Notes under the pieces: generated by a model
Database searches by the model: none
Told to the model about the DNA's origin: nothing
What the model saw: the letters and a program-made list of their open reading frames with translations, nothing else
Made by a program: the position numbers and the translations under genes
In this document: piece after piece, positions 12,001-16,659 of the stretch
How positions within the stretch are numbered: the first letter of the stretch is position 1
Layout: each line of letters opens with the position of its first letter
NCBI GenBank assembly: GCA_964455675.1
Contig: CAYVYK010000014.1
Span: 1 to 38,571 of the forward strand
Origin: an uncultured Methanosarcinales archaeon
Lineage (GTDB): Archaea > Nanobdellota > Nanobdellia > Woesearchaeales > CAYVYK01
DNA length: 38,571 nt
Direction: 5' to 3'

Positions 12001-12252
12001 TGTTTGTCCTTCCGCGTGCTTGAGGTACACACGTGCTTCTCCGCTGTATGTTCCGCTAATGCGCATGCTTGCAAGTTCTCCGCTGATAGCGAGCGCTTGC
12101 TCTCCTGCAGAGTCAAACGTGTACGTGACGTCCTGCGTATGGATTTCTTCGCTGATCGCGAGTCCCACGAGTTCTGGGCCGCTGTGGTAGAGTACCGCGA
12201 TGAACATTCCGACGAGGAGTCCGAGGATAAGGTAGCTCGGGAGTCTACGCAT
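1..12252 (-). CDS. Giant multidomain cell-surface/membrane protein (>=4084 aa, 3' end beyond the window): signal anchor, acidic linkers, NxT array, internal MFS-like/spermidine-synthase-like module, LamG and right-handed beta-helix (PbH1/NosD-like) domains
   Basis: Manual translation from ATG 12252 (MRRLPSYLILGLLVGMFIAVLY...) stays in one frame to base 1 (...LQVLMHFNNDTDFGENSSVV). The ORF track lists no minus-strand ORF in this frame across 1-12252, as expected for a frame with no stop inside the window. A purine-rich RBS-like stretch precedes the ATG, which overlaps the upstream gene's stop (ATGCGTAG). Confidence 0.93.
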   Translation of the reverse strand, partial: MRRLPSYLILGLLVGMFIAVLYHSGPELVGLAISEEIHTQDVTYTFDSAGEQALAISGELASMRISGTYSGEARVYLKHAEGQTLILDTSMLTEEEGIEGLTGLAVHSKPPRPPRFRKFPLIKVKYGVDKTINLSKYWRDRDHDEITYVATSAEDLDVDVLYNRLRLRNPNNMSGNRTITIYASDKDGTNSTDVTVQLLSVKPKKTKKGATPTPEETPEETSDTDEEPEEWIEETPEPTQEETPTDETDDTLEESPEETPEPTPDEEVDDTLEEPEESIEETPEPTPEETPAETPVPAETPEATIQPTPEETPEPDDTADEAAPEELEFASHCAESCHVHTAGPYSLVVETEEGSSITITGISYTLAQGNRAPKWLPVPPITISGETIVDLASYAYDEDGDNITYLVTQPEGMNVGILNSIVTITSAGFFGNASITFYASDELATNSTDATLVVLPEIPDTNDSTNITNTTLNVTSNITSDITTNISMNITSNVTTDTNTTTNITSNITANITNNISMNITGNITTNITSNITANITGNLSLNYTSNLSLNLTNITINITTNITTNITTNITSNITSNITENLSETVTVLLTNTTQIQVGKPTTWVRRIRVANAADTTRIPIPKSAYDIRVRANSEPITEAYLEQEGREIKLADSLLDEPIIPEITATPTSTESPTETPLANPSPTENPINIPTEIPDVPSETNVPPPEEIAVLDTADVTIIEMEEQLDEEETKAPTESTIEQTPEDNNEEMAEPTPEATPAAVNDEILATQRLARFLQQREENRNKPQRTLRAADIEEKIQELREEIAQAQEDLASSDAQTGKKIKHRLVRAERSLRTKEALLAKIDPELAERTTPGITAFAVNSAEGEGIITRMLKWITRWLTGGITGYAVSDPAVAEPEENYVLVPGIYEEVELEYTTPGPEIVEEAVSTTQKEVVVHSDVEYDEVTVSAALPIESQARLYWIIDDIEYKYLLTEGQSADNLDIPNGYGSIEDISTPEQPQYRLEVLDFSIADTDLNGKGDTITWVVPHLSNQTYQIIIEISRASHLDENRELVSDIYPEVSALDDVWSETIPSGHYVRVEFKKNLTAVNDITLYPWIMNGSPSIYVYQNNGTDVIVSFDNITNNSRNTRYLNDLAGEEDTFDLHVLGGSLRFDYIVDPSNYTIANMSGYYAATTLNPSPWAGWSAVNGTTMKQLNKSDNDYFVTYKAGAYDYDQHLFIFNLTRDPLVSTPGSINITWEGYGETSNGFYTNISLYSYAARKWVSVYGNPIGSDQTINVIVTSNVQDYINQTTKTVAMRVASQKACGGWWNTNYCWYSSTSSCTALCATHGGVQDGTCDWTNDPVNCATCNHWYMTYGCSGQAATGPYASATTGGTCYYHQDGQNDCATYARGTARQCACQYSPFLYTYKDGLYSFISDFIAGAGSKEQEYTSFVDITDSVDVVNGTIRIMLKEELNETAYIDQVYLKATVREETSFPTEFIILAIIVLIILCVFVVRHKGMDALAAIPRIHYLIFLSGGAALIYQLLWIRLLSLQFGTSSAAVATVIAVFMLGLGLGSYIFGKITERSPNTLKTYAFIELAIGISSALSYLVISIWPFERFYAQAATSSFALLTIIRMAISGIIILIPCICIGGTIPIITKYVVRQNVREFSRIYYVNTLGAFAGSLLTGIILIRFLGITLTLGIAVAINILIFLVARGMPSAAGPTVVEQKTRTRKDMLGVLFITGMTSISLELLWTRTLSSYGLTTTLSYTLILAGMLLGMMSGSALLSRSKIQKPALVFGTAALALAILSAVLLQVYAQLGAILPTDGVITASLIGFALAYIPAILMGIMFPLALELYAQEKDAIGQKSGKAYLANTLGMITGSIITGFVLTTTLGIKNTTVLMIFLIIAAGGYVLLSTARMLRTGALAIALCVIIAGIIAGTAGNHYYKDHERILFYEEGLTGTVTVSEFMHRGTTERKLNIDSQTVARSDEELVIDAKMLAHLPLLLSARPESVATVGYGTGGTSQSMLTHGVSVDAIEIEEAVVRASAFFPDLGKDTLSNPKFTLIIDDARHYFQTTPKQYDVIVTDVTNLKYKGNPSLYSQDYFHTMKERLTPDGIAAAWVPIGGLSFADLRTLIASFAAEYPHTTVWTYNQRQTHFLILIGTPKPLSVRMETLNARMHAAREDLASIGLTEAGDVASMLILGEDDVKNLTREASRNTDLMPRLEFSDMGSYMQPNTLQNLAQLLAYQHEPLATYFTGDTKGLSARLMNARSLHMLNAAGTINLPVRVTDGNVRPLIWQDNDYLAIQPGEEYEVIFNATGYDDLEFAARGYFTEHSPPLIHHSLYTDYVFMKFGLDTIGPKISFVAPTPGNNTGISTSTLNVNISTTESSLHYTFARLNNDVVLWMRMDDVDAYGNPTDLSGYRHNGTKKGWANQTNSGKFGDAFTFNTSSYVAINDTDALDLVGSSMTISLWAKLNKMPTASQYMISKGVYRIDFGGAAIRNQAELVLTTTTTTYHPETTGTCPVGQWCHVVMTYNGTQLTGYLNGSQQYAGAATGNISATTYRLLIGRGTYEYHTNDFNGSIDEVIIFNRSLSAAEVLSLYNASRYQYHATYRNLPDKTYNVQGHSADSFGNKNQTEVRQIKVETGTSVSTCRPLTTALTSYTVTADITNNALSSHCINISAANITLDCHGHWITSDDTGKAGVYINVNNATIKNCKINRACASCTNWAVYINNSNYSRIHNITTYHGAYGVYIYRGSNNEIKNSSFHASTHTGILSTISRLNTIRNNTIRNATTNGISLSASNNSVVTNNTILRSGNAFQTSGKNNQFINNTARLATYGVLLQGINNYVQGGRMYNSTADQIYMSSSGNVIDGVYIYAPGETDTGVYGLNVQNITVKNCDITTSTSTGGYGIEMNNGDASNFSNNKVQAAYHGVYFPGSSTDNYIRNNTLTGIANSGVYISTSEHRNNVSNNYINAGTYGVYVSAARNTTIKGGTIINSVTAGIYVASASNGTKIRGVNVSILQAAGTGISISASQVNISNCFAQGGTGGAAIYLTNLKTGTITNCTIYDTTATQGINLASTAYVKIQDNTIKNNNYGVYLASSKGTSIINNDFFSNILSHIYITTTSNANYITRNRFNSPTTAQNAIYIASLCYNTLIDRCNITFNKSVDAIYNEGEGTTLRNSNITSNGSTRSGFYSTGGSNITVSKNIFNMNRAGTAINISSAKVKIANNTIDMAATGILIKEGTSYCRIKNNTITDSSTYGIHVIGGTFHNVTNNTVSGSDIADYYIYNNSVVKYRIDSGTLKITSALGTIHFLTSLKVNGSNLSKTIQFSTNRARVNTTLDPGFTSERANVTLKVGTGWIYPKAIVDRIMNGGYSDCKECKNISFSTGYFRFNVTGFSDYKATNITNVYNCTNLTIADRTYVLKKNINYSGSGYCFRIQAENITFKGAGYSIYAPAGYGIYSDQKNTTISGHSIRVYDSGGIAAIYLSKSNRSRVYNNTIGAGFLGVFIAESSQTKADHNTIRNTTSALSTSYGRSITLIHNTLNQTAISSTISVSITPNTTVSHNFVMNGSYGISIDRSLKSKIINNTVTRSTTVGIYAVRTNNLTIDDNRVNRTLKKGIYILASNYSIIANNSITKNANGTLDYECKDNLYYNNTWWMNSNNSLDGYQLRVYSGRNTTIDRNNISNHDFSNFSCDLEGDSCKIKYGAIIEYGRNITITRNTMKNLAGITNINIDGLSGAYILYLPSTNTSTIKNNIIANASVFYAGIPDYGYHIYLFNTRNNSVLQNKLSDTGYAVAVVGGKNLTIRNNTVRASAGISASQSQFTRIYNNTLSIPRTGVAYSGNGIVLTTSSNSTIVHNDLSHQGIAVTYSKNTTISNNNIIDTSGTAITLSWSSNFSTIANNSIDNASMGIYIYSNTNNLIANNIIHNCTSPTQYYGCIWLIYASRNRLYNNRINHTVQNGISFDTSHHNIFVDQYINNSQAFSVNASNSNNITFINATYKNASFLSSTLTRKWYVEVNATNGTEGIGGVNVSWYNRTNAQIIGWAVTSDGELDPGFGDLARNLQVLMHFNNDTDFGENSSVV
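250..4320 (-). other. Two right-handed parallel beta-helix regions of the giant protein (approx. 4320-2400 and 2040-250), separated by a small domain ending FNVTGFSDY
   Basis: Recurrent Asn-ladder units such as YGVYI..SNNEIKN, GISLSASNSVVTNNTI and YGVYLASSKGTSIINN. Each helix opens with a typical cap (HCINISAANITLDCHG; YCFRIQAENITFKG). Confidence 0.85.
4470..5090 (-). other. LamG/concanavalin-A-like jellyroll domain of the giant protein; a second one appears to begin at 60-1
   Basis: LWMRMDD...DLSGYRHNGT...GKFGDAFTF...MTISLWAK...WCHVVMTYNG...YLNG...FNGSIDEVIIFNRSLSAAEV. Confidence 0.9.
5600..7809 (-). other. Internal polytopic membrane (MFS-like) plus spermidine-synthase-fold (class I SAM-binding) module of the giant protein
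   Basis: About 14 hydrophobic segments with family-typical repeats (FLSGGAALIYQLLWIRLL / FITGMTSISLELLWTRTL; LYVNTLGAFAGS / AYLANTLGMITGS). These are followed by LAHLPLLL, VGYGTGGT, AIEIEEAVV, IDDARHYF, YDVIVTD, LYSQDYF and LTPDGIAAAW. Confidence 0.9.
10501..10870 (-). repeat. Coding ~12-bp degenerate tandem repeat giving an (x-N-I-T)n array of N-glycosylation sequons
   Basis: Translates as ...TNITSNITANITNNISMNITGNITTNITSNITANITGNLSLNYTSNLSLNLTNITINITTNITTNITTNITSNITSNITENLS; about 30 N-x-S/T sequons in about 123 aa. Confidence 0.9.
11280..11625 (-). repeat. Coding low-complexity Glu/Thr/Pro-rich repeat linker (EETPEPTP); a second acidic linker lies at approx. 9960-10290
   Basis: Repeated + strand words ggttctggtgtttcttc; translation EETPEPTQEETP...EETPEPTPDEE...EETPEPTPEETP. 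Confidence 0.85.
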
Positions 12253-12736
12253 GCGTTTCCCCCCGTTTCTCGCTCGCTCGGTGCCACACTGTCCAGATTG
12301 TTCGGTCATCTCTGTGGAGTATTTTTCCGATTTTGGTGAACGTGTATCCTTGGCGCTCTTTGAGATCATAGACGATGGATTCCAGGATTGTGAGTCGTTC
12401 ATCTGTGAATGCTTCCATGGGGATGCTGTGTGCAAAGCTGATGTCAGAAAACTGTTCGGGTTGTTTTCGCGCAGCATTGCGGTACGTGATCCAGATGGTG
12501 CTCGTGTCGCGGTGCAGCAACCCCACAACTTCCTTGTTGCTCTTCTCTCGATTCTCGCGTAGATACTTCACGATTGCTTCAAAGCAGCTGAGTTTTCTAA
12601 TGAAGATGGAGCATGGCACGGCGTCCCTGCTTTTTCCCTCGAGGATATGGGTGATATCAGAATCCGTATAGTGGTAGACGTCCTTCAGGTGATGGATGAG
12701 CCGTTCGAGCTGTTTCGCCGTGCCTTCCTCTGCCAA
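12245..12736 (-). CDS. Duplicated helix-turn-helix putative transcriptional regulator, translationally coupled to the giant gene
   Basis: Two ~50-aa internal repeats: LSCFEAIVKYLRE...KEVVGLLHRDTSTIWITYRNA and LTILESIVYDLKE...TKIGKILHRDDRTIWTVWHRA. TTG start. The stop overlaps the giant gene's ATG by 8 bp. Confidence 0.8.
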   Translation of the reverse strand: MAEEGTAKQLERLIHHLKDVYHYTDSDITHILEGKSRDAVPCSIFIRKLSCFEAIVKYLRENREKSNKEVVGLLHRDTSTIWITYRNAARKQPEQFSDISFAHSIPMEAFTDERLTILESIVYDLKERQGYTFTKIGKILHRDDRTIWTVWHRASEKRGETHA

Positions 12737-12774
12737 GTGTGTCCCTTTCTATCGGATTTCTCTGTCTGAAACTT

Positions 12775-13040
12775 TCATGTTTATAAACTTATTTATTATG
12801 TAAGTAATGCATAGTACATCAGGCAAACACAGAGAATATAATAATATAAGTAAGAAAGATATAAAAATAAGTAAATAGAATAATACTTGGATAATATAGT
12901 AAGTAATATATATGATAGAAAGAAGGACTTATCATATTATAGAACATATAATATAATAAGTAAGAAATATTATAAATTAAGTCCGCTTATTCCGATAAAG
13001 TAAGCAGAAATAGAATTTTCAGAACGATGCACTAATAATA
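12775..13040. promoter_or_regulatory. Very AT-rich intergenic region with a TATA box (TTTATAAA approx. 12780-12787) and repeated TAAGTAA motifs, upstream of the HTH/giant-protein operon
   Basis: Sharp drop in GC relative to the flanks; TAAGTAA at 12801, 12847, 12868, 12900 and 12957, and AAAGTAA at 12997. Confidence 0.6.
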
Positions 13041-13045
13041 AGGAG

Positions 13046-14080
13046 TCATGCCGCCGCTTTTGCTTCTTCCTTGCCTTCCTGTTTCTTTGGTTCTTCCTTC
13101 TTCTCGCTCGCAGGCTGGTCTTTGAACATCTCTGTGAGGTCAAGGCCTTTCATGAGCGCCGGGTTTTCCTTGATGAGTTGTTCTGTTGCGCGTGACATGA
13201 CTTCTGCCCGGTAGATTCTTCGGTCGAACACTCCTTTCAGTTCTCCTTTCAGTTGTTCGAACCGGTCGTTCATCTTCTTGTATGCTTCCTCGACTTCCGC
13301 AAGGACTTCCTTGAGGTGCTTGTCGTTCTTCTCGAGTTTTCCAAATCTGGTCTCGAAATCTTTGCTTCGGAGCATTGCGGCGAGCGCAATTTCCATCTTG
13401 TCGACTTTCTGGCTGACTTCTTTAAGCTCGGACTTCTGGCTTTCCAGCATCGATGCGAATGTATTGAATTCTCGGTACGTTTTTTGGCTTTCGATGAACA
13501 CGTTCTCGACTTTGTCCGCGTGCCTCTCGACCATTCCGACAAGTTTTTTCGCGTTCAGGATTTCTGTCTTGACTTCTTCGCTCATCTTGATGACTTGTTC
13601 AACTCCTTGGTAGATCATGAGTTCGGCGCGCGCTTTGCGCAGCTGGTCGAGGAGGTTTTGGATCATGGCTTCCTTACTTTCAAGCACTGCTCGGAGACCT
13701 TCGATCTTTCCATCAAGTTTCTGGACTTGGATCATGAGTTTGTCAGGGTGTACGCTTTCAACAAGGTCCGCGGCTTTTGTCGCCTTGACTTCGAGAAATC
13801 CCATTGTTCTGTTACTGTCATTGATGGTTCCCCTGATCTCTCCCATCTGTTCCTGGAGGTTGTTGAATCGTTCCGAGGTGCTCTTGTTGATCTCTTTGAA
13901 TGCGCTGATCGTCGCGTTGATCTTCGAGATGTCAGCTGCCATCATATCGACTTTGACGCCGAGATTTGCATCTCCCGCGCTGCCGCCGTCGCCTTCGCCT
14001 CCTTCGGCTGCTGAATCGTCAGCGGCTGCCGCCGGTGTTTCCTCCTTTTTCTTGCGCTTCAGAAAGCTAAAGATTCCCAA
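13046..14080 (-). CDS. Long coiled-coil protein of unknown function
   Basis: 344-aa ORF with heptad-rich E/K/L/I/M composition; GAGGAGG RBS just upstream of the TTG start; short basic/amphipathic N-terminus MGIFSFLKRKKK. Confidence 0.85.
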   Translation of the reverse strand: MGIFSFLKRKKKEETPAAAADDSAAEGGEGDGGSAGDANLGVKVDMMAADISKINATISAFKEINKSTSERFNNLQEQMGEIRGTINDSNRTMGFLEVKATKAADLVESVHPDKLMIQVQKLDGKIEGLRAVLESKEAMIQNLLDQLRKARAELMIYQGVEQVIKMSEEVKTEILNAKKLVGMVERHADKVENVFIESQKTYREFNTFASMLESQKSELKEVSQKVDKMEIALAAMLRSKDFETRFGKLEKNDKHLKEVLAEVEEAYKKMNDRFEQLKGELKGVFDRRIYRAEVMSRATEQLIKENPALMKGLDLTEMFKDQPASEKKEEPKKQEGKEEAKAAA

Positions 14081-14186
14081 TTCATGCCTCCTCTGCTCTT
14101 CCGAGTGATAATTCTATTTAAACATTGTTGCTGCGAGATTCACCACTCCGCATTCCTCTACAAACCTTTTATAGGCCGCATGTTTA

Positions 14187-14705
14187 ATGCAGTATATGTT
14201 CCGTAAACCGCATCATGAACCCTACCATCAGCATAGCCACATTGATTCGTTCCGCACGCTTGAGTATCGGGTCTTCCTCGCTCCTCCTTTCTTTGTGACA
14301 GATCTTCCCTTTGAGGTGAGGTGGCATGCGCGCCACCTAAAAAAACTCAAGGTGTATGCAGAAAAGCCCCACAAGTTTCATGCTGACCATCACGGGAGGG
14401 ATCCTGCTGAGTTTGCGCACTACTTTAAGGAGCACGTGCTCGATTCCATTCCTTTCCATGATAAGATCCTAAGAGACCAGCGTGCTCGTCTGGGATTCAT
14501 CCGGAGTGTCATGTCTCGTTTCACTTACTGGCGCCTTCATCGAATTACTACTAAGTATGGTGGCTGTCCTGAATACTTTGTCTATGACAAGAAGCGTGGT
14601 GAATTCTTTTTCGTCATCGAAAACCTAAACCATGAGCGGCAGCACTGGCGTACGCTTGTCAAGGAGAAGTATAAGATCTGTGATGTCGTCGTTCTGAACC
14701 GCTAG
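14187..14705 (+). CDS. Hypothetical protein; C-terminus resembles a degenerate VRR-NUC (PD-(D/E)xK) domain. An alternative start at 14196 is possible.
   Basis: 172-aa ORF; TATA-like TTTTATA at 14167; C-terminal GCPEYFVY...FFFV...L..ERQHW..LV....DVVV pattern. Confidence 0.7.
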   Translation: MQYMFRKPHHEPYHQHSHIDSFRTLEYRVFLAPPFFVTDLPFEVRWHARHLKKLKVYAEKPHKFHADHHGRDPAEFAHYFKEHVLDSIPFHDKILRDQRARLGFIRSVMSRFTYWRLHRITTKYGGCPEYFVYDKKRGEFFFVIENLNHERQHWRTLVKEKYKICDVVVLNR

Positions 14706-15067
14706 TCCCCTCGGAGCAGGCGGTAACTGTCGTCCTCGAAGTGCTCTGTTGATACCTCAAGGATTCTGCTGTCTGTAATACCCTCAAATTGGTGGATCAT
14801 TCCGGGCGTGAGGTGAAGAATGTCCCCTTCGCGCATGATGAATGATTGTTCTTGTCCGGGATATCCTTTCGGGTGAAGCTTCATCTGCACGCGTCCCGAG
14901 AGTATGTAGAATGTTTCATCCTTCCGCTTGTGGTAGTGGATGCTGCACCGCTTGCCCTTCTTAACTTCGAGGATCTTTCCGCAGTACAACGGGTTGTTCG
15001 CGATCCAGAGCTCCCGTCCCCAGCCTTTTGGATGTTCTTCCGCCCGAGAAATGAGGTCATGAACCAT
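14702..15067 (-). CDS. Cupin-domain protein (mannose-6-phosphate isomerase-like / sugar isomerase type)
   Basis: KGWGRELWI...YCGKIL...SIHYHKRKDETFY...PGMIHQF...EVST: cupin HxHxxxxE...H metal motif. Confidence 0.9.
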   Translation of the reverse strand: MVHDLISRAEEHPKGWGRELWIANNPLYCGKILEVKKGKRCSIHYHKRKDETFYILSGRVQMKLHPKGYPGQEQSFIMREGDILHLTPGMIHQFEGITDSRILEVSTEHFEDDSYRLLRGD

Positions 15068-15176
15068 TAACCCCTCCTACCGAATCACTCTATATATAGT
15101 TTGTCCCTATACAAAATATCCAACTACCCCAGACGTTCAATCACACAAAAAAAGAGAGCGATCACAGATTCAATCC

Positions 15177-15466
15177 CGCAAAGCCATCATTCAAGCGAAG
15201 CTTGAAGATGGCGTCCGTGACCGGGCGACCAACGGGAGCCCGACTGTCCTACGATGATATGATGAAAGTTCCTAATTCTGTAGTGAATAGTCCATCAGAA
15301 GCCCGACCGTCNNNNNNNNNNNNNNNNNNNNNNNNNNNNNNNNNNNNNNNNNNNNNNNNNNNNNNNNNNNNNNNNNNNNNNNNNNNNNNNNNNNNNNNNN
15401 NNNNNNNNNNNATATGATGAAAGTTCCTAATTCTGTAGTGAATAGTCCATCAGAAGCCCGACCGTC
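15177..15466 (+). repeat. Structured repeat element copy 1: 79-nt hairpin head plus ~63-bp tandem unit, interrupted by a 100-N scaffold gap
   Basis: Head aligns ungapped with 35718-35796 (66/79 identical). GCCCGACYGTC recurs at 15238 and 15301. An identical 55-mer flanks both sides of the gap. Confidence 0.8.
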
Positions 15467-15507
15467 ATTCCAGTGGAGTCATGAATCTTAATGCCCAGAA
15501 GAATGAT

Positions 15508-16551
15508 TTACTCATCCAACTTTGCCGTAAGGAGCATCACAAACTCCTCGAACTTCTCGACAGGGACAGAGCATCCGCAAGCGTGCTCATGCCCTCCTCC
15601 ATGTCCTCCGAGTTCTCGGACGCTTTCGTTCACAAGGGGTGGAAGGATGATGTTCGTGCTTCGGAGGCTGCATCGCATGTGTCCTCCCTTCTGCCGTCCG
15701 ATGAGGATGAGTTTGTCTGGATGTCGGTACAGGAGTTCGTTCGAGAGCTCTCCCGTCATTGAGTACTCGTTTTCCTCGTACGTGAAGAGGATGATTCTGC
15801 TTTCGTTCACGCTCGCCTGTGCTCGCGCGAAGAGTTCCGCATAGATGCGGTTTATTTCTTCGTATCGCTTGTAAATCTTCGTGCCCGCATCGTCTCGCTG
15901 GTCGAGGATTTCGTATGCGTCCTTGATCTTCGTAAGGAGTCTGATGTATTTCTTCACGTCCTTCGTTGATCCCTTGAGGACAAAGGAGAATATTTTTGCG
16001 AGGAGCCCGATCTTTGTATCAAACAGCGCCTGTTCGGGCGTTGTGACCGTGGGAGGGAGAAGGTCGGGAAATTTCTTGCTGTATTCTGCCGCGAGTTCCG
16101 TGAGATGCCAGTCTCCGACGATGCCGACCATGGCTAGCCACAGGTCTTGTTCACGATTCGTGACATGATAGCAGAGGTATGATGCGGGAACCCCGTCCTT
16201 TGGATCATGCACGCGGGGATTGTAGTACTTGACGTTGCCCTGCATGCGCTGCGGCTCGTGGTGGTCTATCCAGATGATCGGGACTTTTGCCTCATCGATA
16301 AATTCCTGTGACACGAGCGCAAGGTCCATGATGAATATCTTGTCTGGCTGTACTTCCCGCACTTTCGCGAGGAACTGCTCGTTCACGCACGGCTGGCTCT
16401 TCACCACGACTCCAGTTCCTTCTTTTTTGTAGTGGTAAAAGAGAAGAAAGCTGCACAGCCCGTCAGGATCGTCGTGGTGGAAGAACAGGGGGTTCTTGCA
16501 CTCATCAAGTTCCCGTCGGATTTCCGCATATTCTTGTGCTCGAAGTCCCAT
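15508..16551 (-). CDS. DHH/DHHA1 family phosphoesterase (RecJ/NrnA-like)
   Basis: HHDDPDGLCS, IMDLA, WIDHH, GIVGDW, SLRS and GGGHEHACG motifs. Start moved to ATG 16551 (MGLRAQE) because a TTTAAA box lies about 23 nt upstream and the longer call overlaps nreA. Confidence 0.92.
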   Translation of the reverse strand: MGLRAQEYAEIRRELDECKNPLFFHHDDPDGLCSFLLFYHYKKEGTGVVVKSQPCVNEQFLAKVREVQPDKIFIMDLALVSQEFIDEAKVPIIWIDHHEPQRMQGNVKYYNPRVHDPKDGVPASYLCYHVTNREQDLWLAMVGIVGDWHLTELAAEYSKKFPDLLPPTVTTPEQALFDTKIGLLAKIFSFVLKGSTKDVKKYIRLLTKIKDAYEILDQRDDAGTKIYKRYEEINRIYAELFARAQASVNESRIILFTYEENEYSMTGELSNELLYRHPDKLILIGRQKGGHMRCSLRSTNIILPPLVNESVRELGGHGGGHEHACGCSVPVEKFEEFVMLLTAKLDE

Positions 16552-16659
16552 GCCTAGGCGTGGTGCCATTCCCTTTAAATAGGTTCCTCCTCTATCCCGA
16601 TCATCTCCAAATACAACAGTGTAGTAATTCTTTAATATGGACTGATCCTCCCAGCTTAT

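Noticed and set aside
29..12339. Dozens of short ORFs on both strands in the supplied track
   Set aside because: They are shadow frames of the giant minus-strand gene, with no independent motifs or start signals.
12819..12947. 42-aa hydrophobic minus-strand ORF (MFYNMISPSFYHIYYLL...) in the AT-rich tract
   Set aside because: Its composition follows from the T-rich strand bias, it has no RBS, and its codon usage is unlike neighbouring genes.
15259..15300. Box C/D sRNA or TIGR-like array suggested by ATGATGA...CTGT...CAGA
   Set aside because: The D boxes are non-canonical, the second guide is too short, the motif is absent from copy 2, the units are identical, and no Nop-domain gene is nearby.
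15202..15417. Similar peptides (TGRPTGARxSYD) read from both repeat heads
   Set aside because: The substitution pattern tracks base pairing, and the 58-bp unit of copy 2 is not a multiple of three.
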